From: Penicillus capitatus | Taxonomy: Eukaryota > Plantae > Chlorophyta | Length of the DNA: 64,000 nt | Direction of reading: 5' to 3' | Assembly: GCA_965649825.1 (NCBI GenBank) | Contig: OZ287711.1 | Location: 293,201-357,200, forward strand | Part shown: in pieces, positions 1 through 9,783 of the stretch | How the letters are laid out: every line of letters starts with the position of its first letter | Numbering within the stretch: position 1 is the stretch's first letter | Made by a program: the position numbers and the translations under genes | The notes under the pieces: model-generated | Database searches by the model: none | What the model was told of the DNA's origin: nothing | What the model saw: only the letters and a program-made list of their open reading frames with translations

Positions 1-680
1 CTGATCCCTCGTTCCTTCAATCGATCTCGTACTTCCGCAATTGTCGTTTGTACGGCCAGATCAAAGAAGGCCATGGAGTTTATCCATCCCATGGGCAGCC
101 GTGTAAATGCGTACGGCCTCTTGTCAAATACCGTGACGAAATAGGACTGTAGCTCTTCTGTCAACGGGATTTGGTAAAACCCATGCCTGAAATCAAATTT
201 TGCAAATGTAGACATTCCTGACAAGCCTTGGATTGCTCCTTCCCGATGCATCGGTAGAGCAGGTCTTCGCGTGGTGAGGGTGTTCAGTCCCCTGAAATCA
301 AGTACTACCCGCCTCTCGAGCGAGTCCTTCTTTGCCACCGAGAACCAAGGTATCACGTGCTTCGGCTTCCCGTGGAATCTTCTTATAATTCCCGCTTCGA
401 TCAGCTGGTCGATTTCCTTCCTACATGAGGCTGTCTCCGCAGAGAATGCGTAGGGGACCTTGGTCGAAACGGAGTGGATCTGCCCTTGTACGTCTGCCAT
501 GCCGACTTCCCATCCCAAGAAGCGCCCAATTCCTTCACGGATGACGTCTGGGAATGTCGCCAGCATCTCTTCCATACTCCGGCAGTCAGTTTTCCGATTT
601 CTCGACAGTAGGCCTGACTGCTGGTCTACTGCCGCTTGGGAAAAGATTGCTTGTTCCCACGCAGCTGTCTCTGCTGCCCG
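1..680 (-). mobile_element. Ty3/Gypsy LTR retrotransposon pol, N-terminal reverse transcriptase; runs off the left edge
   Basis: Manual minus-strand translation, open from 680 to the edge, gives EEMLATFPDVIREGIG..KEIDQLIEAGII..RVVLDFRGLN..FAKFDFRHGFYQIPL..YAFTRLPMGWINSMAFF. These are Gypsy RT motifs. The ORF track missed it. Confidence 0.93.
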
Positions 681-2449
681 TTACAGTCTCGTATCGTCAG
701 AGTGTCTCCGGCGCGTGTTGGGATCTCAAAAATGGTCGTCTTTCCGGTGATACGGACGGGTTCCTTCCGGTGGTTGGTCAGGGTGAGGGTAGAAAAAGTC
801 TCGTATTGTACCCCTAAGTGCACAGAAAAATGGGGTGCAACAACCGGTGTCCGCTGGTGCACCATCCCCCTTGGAATGACAATCGGTGTCTTCACCATGC
901 GGCTTTCATTCGGCCCCAGGACTATGGACCGGTTCAACGGCACTTGGATCCTGTCTCCCTTTACTGTTGGGAGGTGATCCACTCGTTCCGTAAGTCTTCC
1001 CACGTCTTCTTGTTTGGCCACCTCGTTCTTCGCTTCCCTCTCCATCTTGGGTCCCGCGAAAAGGCACTTGATCTGTCGTCCGTTGATGCTAACGGAGCGG
1101 TTGTGTGGATGTGCCGAAATCTGGTTCTTGGTCATTGCGTCTATGCCCAGCAGCAAATCATATCCCGGGTTGGGTAAGACCAGGCAGTCCAAGGTAAATG
1201 TTGGATGAGTCGCCTTCTCGATCGATACCTCCACATGGCACTCCCCCGTGACTTGAGCTGTCTTCCCATGTGCTAGGAGCAGCTTCGTCTTGTTCGGCAG
1301 GATCTTCGCTCCCAGTTCTCTGGCCAGTGCGAGAGACATGATTGAAGATTCGGCACCCGTATCAACCAGAGCGTCGATGCGTCGCGGGTATCCCAGGTGG
1401 CTCTGTGAGACCAAACCTAGCTTCATAACCCTCTTTTGCTCTTTCTTCCTGCTTTCCGTCTGCGCCGCATAAGTCCTTGTCATTTCCCGCTCCGCGTCTT
1501 CCTCTCCTCCTTCGCTCAGCGTTTCACAAATCGGTTCTCCGCTTCCTTCTGGCATGTCATCGTCAGCAGCCATGTAAGCCCGTCTTCCGCCCCATCTTCT
1601 TTGTTGGTTCATAGGTCTTCTTTGACCTGCTGGCTGTTCTTGCCCATTACAGATCCTCTGGAGGAATCTTAACATATTCTGCGCTTCTCGTCTGGAAGTC
1701 TTGCAGATTTCCCGCGCGCCGACCATAACTCTTCCTGCGTTCGTTATGGCGGAGAAGTTGATCGCTCCATCTCGCCCTATGACCCGGCCATCTGTCGCGA
1801 CATTTGCTTGTACTACTCCTAGGTCAATGTCCATCGCGTCTTCATCGACCTCGATTTTGGCCTGGGCGCCAGATTCCCAGAAGCTTACGTTCCGTATGAG
1901 CCCTCTAATATCTGCGGGCATTGTCGTTGGCGGAAGGTGCATCACAAGCCTCTTCAGGTGTGGGGGCAGCTTCTTGTATAACGTCTTGACCTGCGTTTCA
2001 CGAGAGGCAGTTGAGATCGTGCATGCTGCAAAGTAACGGTCAACAAAGTCAGTCCAATTTTCCGCTTTATTCTTGGATATCTTGGCCAATTTCTCCTCGG
2101 CTGAAAGACTCGGATCCGGGCATGCTGCGACTATTGTTTCTCGTACTACTTTCCAGTAGTTTGCCTCTGTCCGCTGCACGTGTCCGTGTGGGAACACCTG
2201 TCGGACTGCCGCCGGGTGAGCATCATCTGTTCCTGCAAATGCGGCATTGAAGCTCGCGGAAGACGCAAAGTGAGGCTCGAGTCCTTCAATCACTTGTCGA
2301 AACAACTCGAAAGCAGGCGACCTCTGCTCCAAACGCTGCACGACATATTTCACTCTAGGACGGTAGTCGTCCTCCACCAACGCCGCGGAACTGAGGAGCG
2401 ACGTAAAAATATCCAAGTCGATTTTCGAGGTTCGCGGCTCCGAAACCAT
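626..2449 (-). mobile_element. Ty3/Gypsy ORF1: gag-like region + aspartic protease + degenerate dUTPase-like segment (607 aa)
   Basis: Retrotransposon gag-like helical segment (ENWTDFVDRYFAAC..QVKTLYKKLPPHLK) and protease motif ALVDTGAESSIMS..DLLLGIDAM. It lies directly upstream of RT, in a different frame. Confidence 0.9.
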
Positions 2450-3825
2450 TTTGATACGTGCGAAAACGTGCTCGAGTTTATGTTGCTCAGAAACGTTGTT
2501 TTGAACAGAGCGTTTTTAAACAGACATCGAATCGTGTTTTCCCCCATTTTATATCTTAGCATGACGTCATGATTGCGTCATGCTTTATGTCATGGTGCCT
2601 TCTTCTTCGCTTCTTCTTCCTTCAGGTTCTTGAGAATGACACTATCCTGGCAACGACTGTCCAATCACGACAGGATCTGCAGAAACAGGTACTTACATTT
2701 CGGTCGCAGTCGAGGTGAAGCGCACCTCTGCATCCGAGACGACGCCGTGAAGCGCCGCGGAGAGAAGGAAACTGATGGTGCGCACGCATAACACGTTAAA
2801 GAACGCGAGTCTTACCTTCTCTGAACTTCTTCTTCCTGCTACCGTCGTCGTCAGTCGACATCACAACGTCATAACTCTCGTGGTCTGAGAGACTGCCGTC
2901 GAGGAGACGCGTGTCTTCACAGAAGCGCATACCCTGACGAACGCGACAACGATTTCTTAGGGCTTTAAGTAAGAGGTCACTCTGTGCAGAGACTAAGCAG
3001 TACCCCAGCATCCTACTCCAAAAACGGTGGATGACAACCTAGACGAACGACTTTCCCGGAGCCGTGTACGAACACACGCATGGCGCAAAACCAGACGAAC
3101 TCTGCGCACGAAGTCGACGACAGGTTCATCACTCGGGTGGCGAAGTCACCGCCACGACGTCCTGCGTCACACCGCGACAGGTGGCGGACCTTCGCAATGA
3201 ACTTGCGTCTCCATCCTCTCGGGGCGTCGATCTCGCAGTACTTCCTGAGATCCCACACCTGATAGGACACGGATCGACCAGTCAGTTGACCCAAAGTAAG
3301 GCGTTACCTGTCACCCAAGACCTGTTTGTCACACCATTCATTCGCTTTGTCCATCTCACTTGGTCGATGCGTCCGCGGATGGTATGGCCATTGCTGTCAC
3401 TGAGTGTCATGCTTTGTTTTTGCTATCTTCTAGACCATCACAAACTGTTCACGTCTATGCTTGTGCAGCTCTGCTGCTGTCTCATCTGCAACCTCATGCC
3501 AAAGTAAAAGGGCACCAAGGAAAGCCATAAGTGCAGTTCACTCGACATCGGATGATCGCTTCATCTTTCCGATGAAGCGCGGATGGCAAGGGTCTTTCTG
3601 TTGGACAGCATATACGCAGGTGTTAAGGAACATTAAAGACACTGCCGTTTAATACGCAATCGGGATTCGTTGCAATTGGTCGAGCTCGATTCTTCCAGCC
3701 GACTGTCAATCCTTTACTAAATCTTCAAGAGTGCTAAGAGAACGGACATGTGTGAAGGACAACGGAGTGTTTAGTACGCAAAGCTTGTGGGAAAGGAAGC
3801 ATTCATGAGGCAGCGATTCAATCAA

Positions 3826-5467
3826 TCATCTCAGTTTTCGGAGACACGGAAACGCTTTCGTCATTGCTGTGTAAGTCGCGTCATCTACGTTGTCTCGCCC
3901 AGAAAAACGCTCTATCTCCCTGATCTTGGTCAAGCATCCTCGAGGCACTCTATATTCGCCATCGACCAACATCTTCGCAGGAAACGGAATCCTTATGGCC
4001 TTAAGATTTGAAAGGAGGCGTAACTGCTGACAGAAAACCTCGTGGTCGACTCTTTGCTTAAGACCATCAAGGCGCAGCTCCGTCAGGCCCGTCAGAGCCT
4101 TAAAAGCATCGAGAAATGGGCGATCCACGCAGATATTATACGTTTTGAGTCTCTTCAACTGTCCGAGCTCCATGAAGAGATGGAGTGGTGTCACACCTCC
4201 AGAATGGAACAAATGCGCCTCTTCTTGACTAGAGATCCTCAGCGACGTGAGATTCGTCAAGTCCACCAGCTTGTCGGCCAGGTCTTCTGCAGAAATGTCC
4301 CAAGAATCAATTTTAAGATCGACGATTCCCTTCGGAAAGCGTAGAGGTTGGCGTTCCAGTAAATCGCTCAGATCTAGCAGTGTGAGCTGCGTGAGAACTG
4401 TGAGGCGTTTCGTGATCTCTGACAAGATACTCAGAAATTCATGTCCAAGGTCGAGAGTAAGGGATCTGAGACCCGTCAGTGAGGGCATGCTTTCTGCAAG
4501 ACATTGCGCGTCACTTTCGGATGCGAAAGAAAACTCCAGACTCGTCAGTTGGCGCATCTGCTGCAGTGCTTCGAAGAATCTCGCATCTCGTTGGTCGAAA
4601 AAGTCAATTGTCAGGCTTGATAGATGCAAGAACGATCTCCATGGAGACGGCCCTGTCAAAGACAACTCTACGAAAGTCGTGTGAATACTGAGCGATTGTA
4701 GATTCGGAGCATAAGGCACGATGCTCTGCCACAACACAAACGAACTGTCAGACGAACAGATCCAGCGATTGGCAAACCTGTAGATTGTAAGGGAACTGCT
4801 CTGGGTCTGTGGCGCCTCTGATAATGAGATTGGTAAGTCCCGTCAGCATGGGGAAGACAAACTCGCCCCGCCCGTTGATCAGCAAGTGGAAAGGTATCGT
4901 CAGCTGGCAGAGCCCTTGAACACAGCTGTTTGGATCCAGATCGTTGTACAGGACACAGTTATGGTCGAGAAGCAGTGATGTCAGCTTCGTCAGATAACGC
5001 AGGTCGTGAACGAAACAATGCAATGTGTCCTCGTGCGTAATGTACAAGCTGAGTGACCCAAGATGTTGCATCGATGAAAAGCATGCGACTAGGTTTCGCA
5101 GATCAATGGATTCGCCGTTGAGATAAAGAGAAAGATGTTTCAGATTCGCCAGTCGCGGTAGCTGTGGGACAATGTGCGTCTCGATGACGTCCACACTGCT
5201 AATCCATTCGCGCATGCTCAGCCTTTCGGCTTCTGGAAATAGGTCTGCTGCTTTCTGCAGTGTATCCGCAAACACTCTGTCTAGCTTGACAGGCAGCTTT
5301 CCACAGGCGTCGCGCCACCGGCGACAGACGCGACGGCATTCGTGAAGACCATCCTCGACAACGTACGCCAGCACTTTAAGCAAGAAGTATTCCTGCTCGA
5401 GAAGGTCACTCAGGGTCTTTTCAGACCCCGTGACTGGGTCAACTCGGTGGCAATCACTGCTTTCCAT
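3826..5467 (-). CDS. F-box-like + leucine-rich-repeat protein, paralogue 1 (2 coding exons; intron 4726-4777)
   Basis: F-box-like LLKVLAYVVEDGLHECRRVCRRWRDAC followed by LxxLxxLxL repeats. A 52-nt phase-0 GT..AG intron joins ORFs 4748-5500 and 3826-4737. First ATG is at 5467 (the track start is GTG). Confidence 0.82.
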
Positions 5468-6655
5468 GTCTGTGAACGCATCGGAGCCGTGACTCGACAC
5501 GCAGTTATTAGCATTAGGCTATTCCGGTGTAGTGGACGTACCTCATCCGAGCTGTAGCGGTGTTTTGCTAACGAAGCCGAAAACACGACGGTCTCTTGTC
5601 GATTTTCTCTTCGTTTTATTGTCGGCGCCAACTTTGTTTGTCGTTATACGACATGCGTTAGATGTCTGCATTCGATGTGACAGGACTCGCCTTTTTGTCG
5701 TACCACCGCTCATTCCAGAACAGCGCAGCCTTCTGTTCGCTGGCCACAGATTTATCCCCGCCGGATGTCGACTCGTTTTTGAACTCCTCGAAGGCTCCTA
5801 TGCTTTTCTGTCAGCACGAACGGACTCAGTTGAGATATCCACGTTGGATGACGCGCGCACTTACGCACAGAAAAGACTGCAGGACGAGCAAAGCATGCAC
5901 ATAGTGAATGCAGCCAAGCATTGTCTCTCCTTGCCATGAACGGCACACCCTGGGTGTGTCTACCTGTTGTTATCTGCAGAAGTGGATTCTGCGAAAGAAG
6001 ATGGTTTAAATGGGTAGAACGTTTCGACAGACACATCTAGAGGCCTTGCCTTGTGTCCCATCACGAGAACGCTGTTTGTCGTGACGCGCGTTTGGACTTG
6101 TGATGTATACAGAGACGCTCATTAGACATAGATGAACAGATAGTGTTGTAATGGATGGCCTTTCGTCGGAATTCTGTGCGTTCTCGAGCTTGCTTTGCTT
6201 CCGCAGTATTGTTCTGCTGCCGTTCGTGACGGTAGGTATTGGAAACGGTCTCATCAGAACCGGCTGCGGACAAACAATAAGTGGCAGTCCACGTACGTCC
6301 ACTCCATAAACATTCATTAGGATGCGATGCGTGGAGAATCACGAGCACAGTTGGTAGCACGCTTCTCGTCGGGTGACGCGTCGTGCTGCAATGCCATGTT
6401 CCAGGCAGCAGTCTATGATTAAATGTATCATAGGGCAAAGATCGAACATCCAGTGCGACCGTCTTAAACTCGACAGTTCCTCGAATGTAAGTCTCCCTTT
6501 GCATTTTAGAACCGCTCTTCCGCTGTTTCTTTGCTCAACATCGTCTTTTCGTGAGCACGCACTCTCCGTCCTTCAAGACTTCGTCAAAATGAACCGAGAC
6601 TCGAAAAATATCGTCGTAGATTGCTTGCATCCAGACAAACGAGCAAGCAGCAAAC

Positions 6656-6756
6656 ACGCGTCCCAGATGTCAGAAGAATCTGATTTGACCTTCTCTAAAC
6701 CTCGTATCCTCCGCCTATAAAGTCTCATCAGAGAGCGCGGCGATCGCTTTTCGGAT
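6656..6756 (+). promoter_or_regulatory. Conserved non-coding blocks upstream of GTPase paralogue 1, shared with 17989-18090; TATA-like TATAAA at 6716
   Basis: ACGCGTCC(C)AGATGTCAGAA, CTCT(A/C)AACCTCGTATC and AAGTC..ATCAGA occur in the same order about 100-200 bp upstream of both ATGs. Confidence 0.55.
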
Positions 6757-6861
6757 TGTCCGTTCTGAGTGTTTCAGACTTCTTCTTCGCGTCAGCCTTC
6801 GGCGTCCGGCGAATAGAAAAACGTTCTGCGCTGTCGACAACGTGGTGGGCATTTGCTGTCA

Positions 6862-7947
6862 ATGTCGTCTTTGCCCGACGGCGAGGAACCTCCCAAGATT
6901 CTCGTCGCCGGGAGAACGCGCATCGGAAAAGGCGAGTTCATATCCACGGCGAACCACCTCCTTGGAGGAAGCGCCCTTCCGGATATCGTTTCTGACGGCA
7001 TGGTTTCGTATACGAAAGAGATAAAGGGACACTCCATGCGTCTTGCTAACCGTAACGTTGAAATGGTGGACACGGTGGGATTCGACGACAGCAGCGGAAC
7101 GAACATATCAGAAGAAACGTTGCTCCGTTTCCTCGCGAAAAGCGGAAAGGCCGATCTCTATCCACCGCTGGTCATGATTCAGACCCTATCCGCGCTGGAG
7201 ACAGATCTGCTGACGAAGATGAGCGCCGTTTTTCCAGAAATCGTCGTCGGTTTTCGCTCGGAAAAGAAATCCAGACTCGATCAGGCCCGACGCGACATTG
7301 AGAGCGTGTGCAAGAGAAAACCAGTCAAGGTCTTCCACCTACAAGGGTTTTTGTCTGAGGACATCGACGACGGGAAATCGCGTCAACTATACGACACATG
7401 TGTCTCGGACATCGTCCGCTTTTTCGAAACCTTGACGCCGTCCAGAAAGGAACTGGATTTTTCAAGCGATCTGCTAAAAGGCAAATGGGAGAAGATACCA
7501 TGTGACAAAGAGACCAGGACCGAAATCATTGAGGACAGCCATGTGAAGACGGAGTGCGAAACGAAGACAGTTCAAGTGGCCAAAACCGAAGTCGACAGTG
7601 AGGACGCTAAGCTGCACGGCGCAGTCGGCGGTACAGTGGCTGGACTTGGCGGAATCGCGGCGGTGGGACTTCCCCCAGTGGGACTCACTGTTGCGGCGTG
7701 TGGTGCTTTGTATGGAACACTCGGGGTCATATTTGGAAGAAAAGATAAGATCACACACGTGGACGAACAAAGAGACTTTAAGGTGAACTTCATCGGTAAG
7801 GAGAAGATCCGCAGAACGTTTGTGAGAGAAGTCCAAGAGGTGTGGAAGATACTCACTGGGGAGATAAAGGTCTTCAAAGGATATGAATACGGGCCGTGGG
7901 AGATCATGAATGACGAGGTGCTGCATCGCGCTTATCACAAAGCCTGA
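6862..7947 (+). CDS. P-loop GTPase-like protein (AIG1/Era-like G domain, variant G1 GRTRIGKG) with C-terminal Gly-rich hydrophobic segment, paralogue 1
   Basis: Intronless ORF with ILVAGRTRIGKGEF (G1-like), VSYTKEI (G2-like) and VDTVGFDDS (G3). Hydrophobic stretch GAVGGTVAGLGGIAAVGLPPVGLTVAACGALYGTLGVIFG. First ATG at 6862. Confidence 0.8.
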   Translation: MSSLPDGEEPPKILVAGRTRIGKGEFISTANHLLGGSALPDIVSDGMVSYTKEIKGHSMRLANRNVEMVDTVGFDDSSGTNISEETLLRFLAKSGKADLYPPLVMIQTLSALETDLLTKMSAVFPEIVVGFRSEKKSRLDQARRDIESVCKRKPVKVFHLQGFLSEDIDDGKSRQLYDTCVSDIVRFFETLTPSRKELDFSSDLLKGKWEKIPCDKETRTEIIEDSHVKTECETKTVQVAKTEVDSEDAKLHGAVGGTVAGLGGIAAVGLPPVGLTVAACGALYGTLGVIFGRKDKITHVDEQRDFKVNFIGKEKIRRTFVREVQEVWKILTGEIKVFKGYEYGPWEIMNDEVLHRAYHKA

Positions 7948-9674
7948 TCTGTCGTGTACTCGATGAGCGTCTCTGCTGACGATGGATGTTTGTGTTTGCC
8001 TCACCTGTCTGAATAACGCAAAGACGAAGGAGAGCCGCCAGCCACTTTTGTGCTGTTTTTCGAAGGGAGCGTGTCCTGTTCGCGACGCGTGTTTTGCTGC
8101 CAAGAAGATGTCGATGGTCTTCCCAAATGTCTTCCCTAAGTGTATATACATAGCAAGAGGCGTGTGGCCGAGAACAGGAAGACCTTTCAGCTGTTTGCGG
8201 TTTTCATTGCAGCAGAAGAACGTTTTGCATTAGTCTGTTCCCTGTCTTCTGGATGTTGACACCAGTAAATTGCAGCAAACGTAAGCGATGTTTGGGGGAT
8301 AAAGAAAAGAGTTAGAACATGCGCGTCGTTTACGAGAAAGACATGCGTTAAAGAGACGCAATGACTTGTACACAGACAGACCTCAGAGGAATCGTTCAAA
8401 CACACTAAGAGTCAATTGAGAATCCGAGATAACGGCCATGGCATCTGCTGTGTGTTACGAAGCGATCGTGGACCGAGAAGCAGAAAGAGGAGAACAAGTG
8501 CCAATTGCAAATCCGAGTGGCCTGACAGAGAGATGTAGAGATGAACATCCGAGGTGTTCTGAACGATGCTTGCTGTCCTCTCGGATGTTTCGACCACTGA
8601 GTCTAGCAAATCTAAAACGCGTTTGCCTCGCACGTCGTTCGTACGCAATAGAGCCGCATAGCTAACTGTTTGGCTGTCTTCCTTTGCCGTCGTCGTCATC
8701 TTCGGTCTGCTGTGAATCAAAGAACTTGTCAAGTGAGTCAGTGGAAAGAGGCTTGTAACGACAAGGAGGCCAGAGACATCGTCGTCCCGCGACTAAAGCA
8801 CGTCCGGTAGACAACTGATACTTACCAAGTTGCGGTCATGTTCACGTCCCTTTGTGGAATCTCGTTGGGAGATGAAGTTTCTAGTGTGTGTGCAATGATG
8901 AAACCAGCTAGGAAATCTCGGAGACGCGAAACAACATCTATCGGCTGTCAGTCGAGGACGCTTCGTGCCGTCAGAAATAAAGTGTCTAGATGTGGCTCGT
9001 TCATGTAAAAGTACATCTATTTGAAAAGCAATGACTTACACAGCCCGTTGTCAAATTGCAAAGCCATGATAAACGCTTTTCGCTCTCAACTGGCATCAAT
9101 ACGTTGCGAGACGATGGTAAGTGGATGAAATCAGAGCACATGTCTTGTAAAGAGTGCACGTTGTCCTATGCATAGACGCGCTTTTCGAATCGGAAAAACT
9201 GCACCTTCTCGATTTCTTACACCAGAGATCATCTTGTAACAAAGATAAGAACAGTACACTGACGTCCCAAGTTAAAAACCTCGTGTACTTCTCTCAGGGA
9301 AAGTCCTTGTGGCGTTCATATACAGCCTCCTTCCTCCCTTCCTCCCTCCGACTTGGTTTGGAGATCATGTTCTCGATAATAGATGAGATCTCGAAGAAGG
9401 TAGATGGGATTTCAGCTCACGCTTCACAGTTGACCTGTGTCCAAAGAGATCCATATGACTAAGATCTATGGTCATACCGTCTGACGTAGTATATGCCAGA
9501 CGAGCGTCGCGCGATCGAACAGGATCTGTTCAGCCGCGCGGCGCTCGTCTGGCGCATAGAACGCCCGACAAAAATTAGGCTATCCCGTCGAGAACCGAGA
9601 CCGGTCCTCGAGGGAAGCAAGTTGTGAAGAAGTGAAGAAAAATTTGAGAGGCGGTGGCCACCACCATGGAAGAT

Positions 9675-9783
9675 AGGCCGAAGCCCGCCCGTCACCGTCC
9701 GCGTCTCTCATCGCAGGCCGAAGCCCGCCCGTCACCGTCCGCGTCTCTCATCGCAGGCCGAAGCCCGCCCGTCACCGTCCGCG
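9675..9783. repeat. 40-bp tandem repeat, about 2.7 identical copies
   Basis: Unit AGGCCGAAGCCCGCCCGTCACCGTCCGCGTCTCTCATCGC starts at 9675 and 9715, with a partial copy at 9755. No spacers. Confidence 0.97.

Noticed and set aside
2560-2571. Palindrome CATGACGTCATG (CRE/bZIP-like)
   Set aside because: It is a single 12-bp palindrome with no supporting context, and is plausible by chance in 64 kb.
2450-3800. 5' LTR and primer-binding site of the Gypsy element
   Set aside because: There is no second LTR in the window and no convincing tRNA-complementary PBS. Candidates near 2545 and 2650 match only a few bases.
8412-8732. Short minus-strand ORF with a hydrophobic C-terminus
   Set aside because: It has no recognisable motif and no consistent splice model. 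It may be a real small gene, but I cannot support it.
8818-8826. ATACTTACC resembling the U1 snRNA 5' end
   Set aside because: It continues AAG rather than TGG and shows no U1 stem-loops or Sm site. It is simply a minus-strand GGTAAGTAT donor.
9675-9783. CRISPR-like reading of the 40-bp repeat (and of the 78/81-bp repeats at 21.4-21.6 kb)
   Set aside because: The units are contiguous without unique spacers, there are no cas genes, and the context is eukaryotic.
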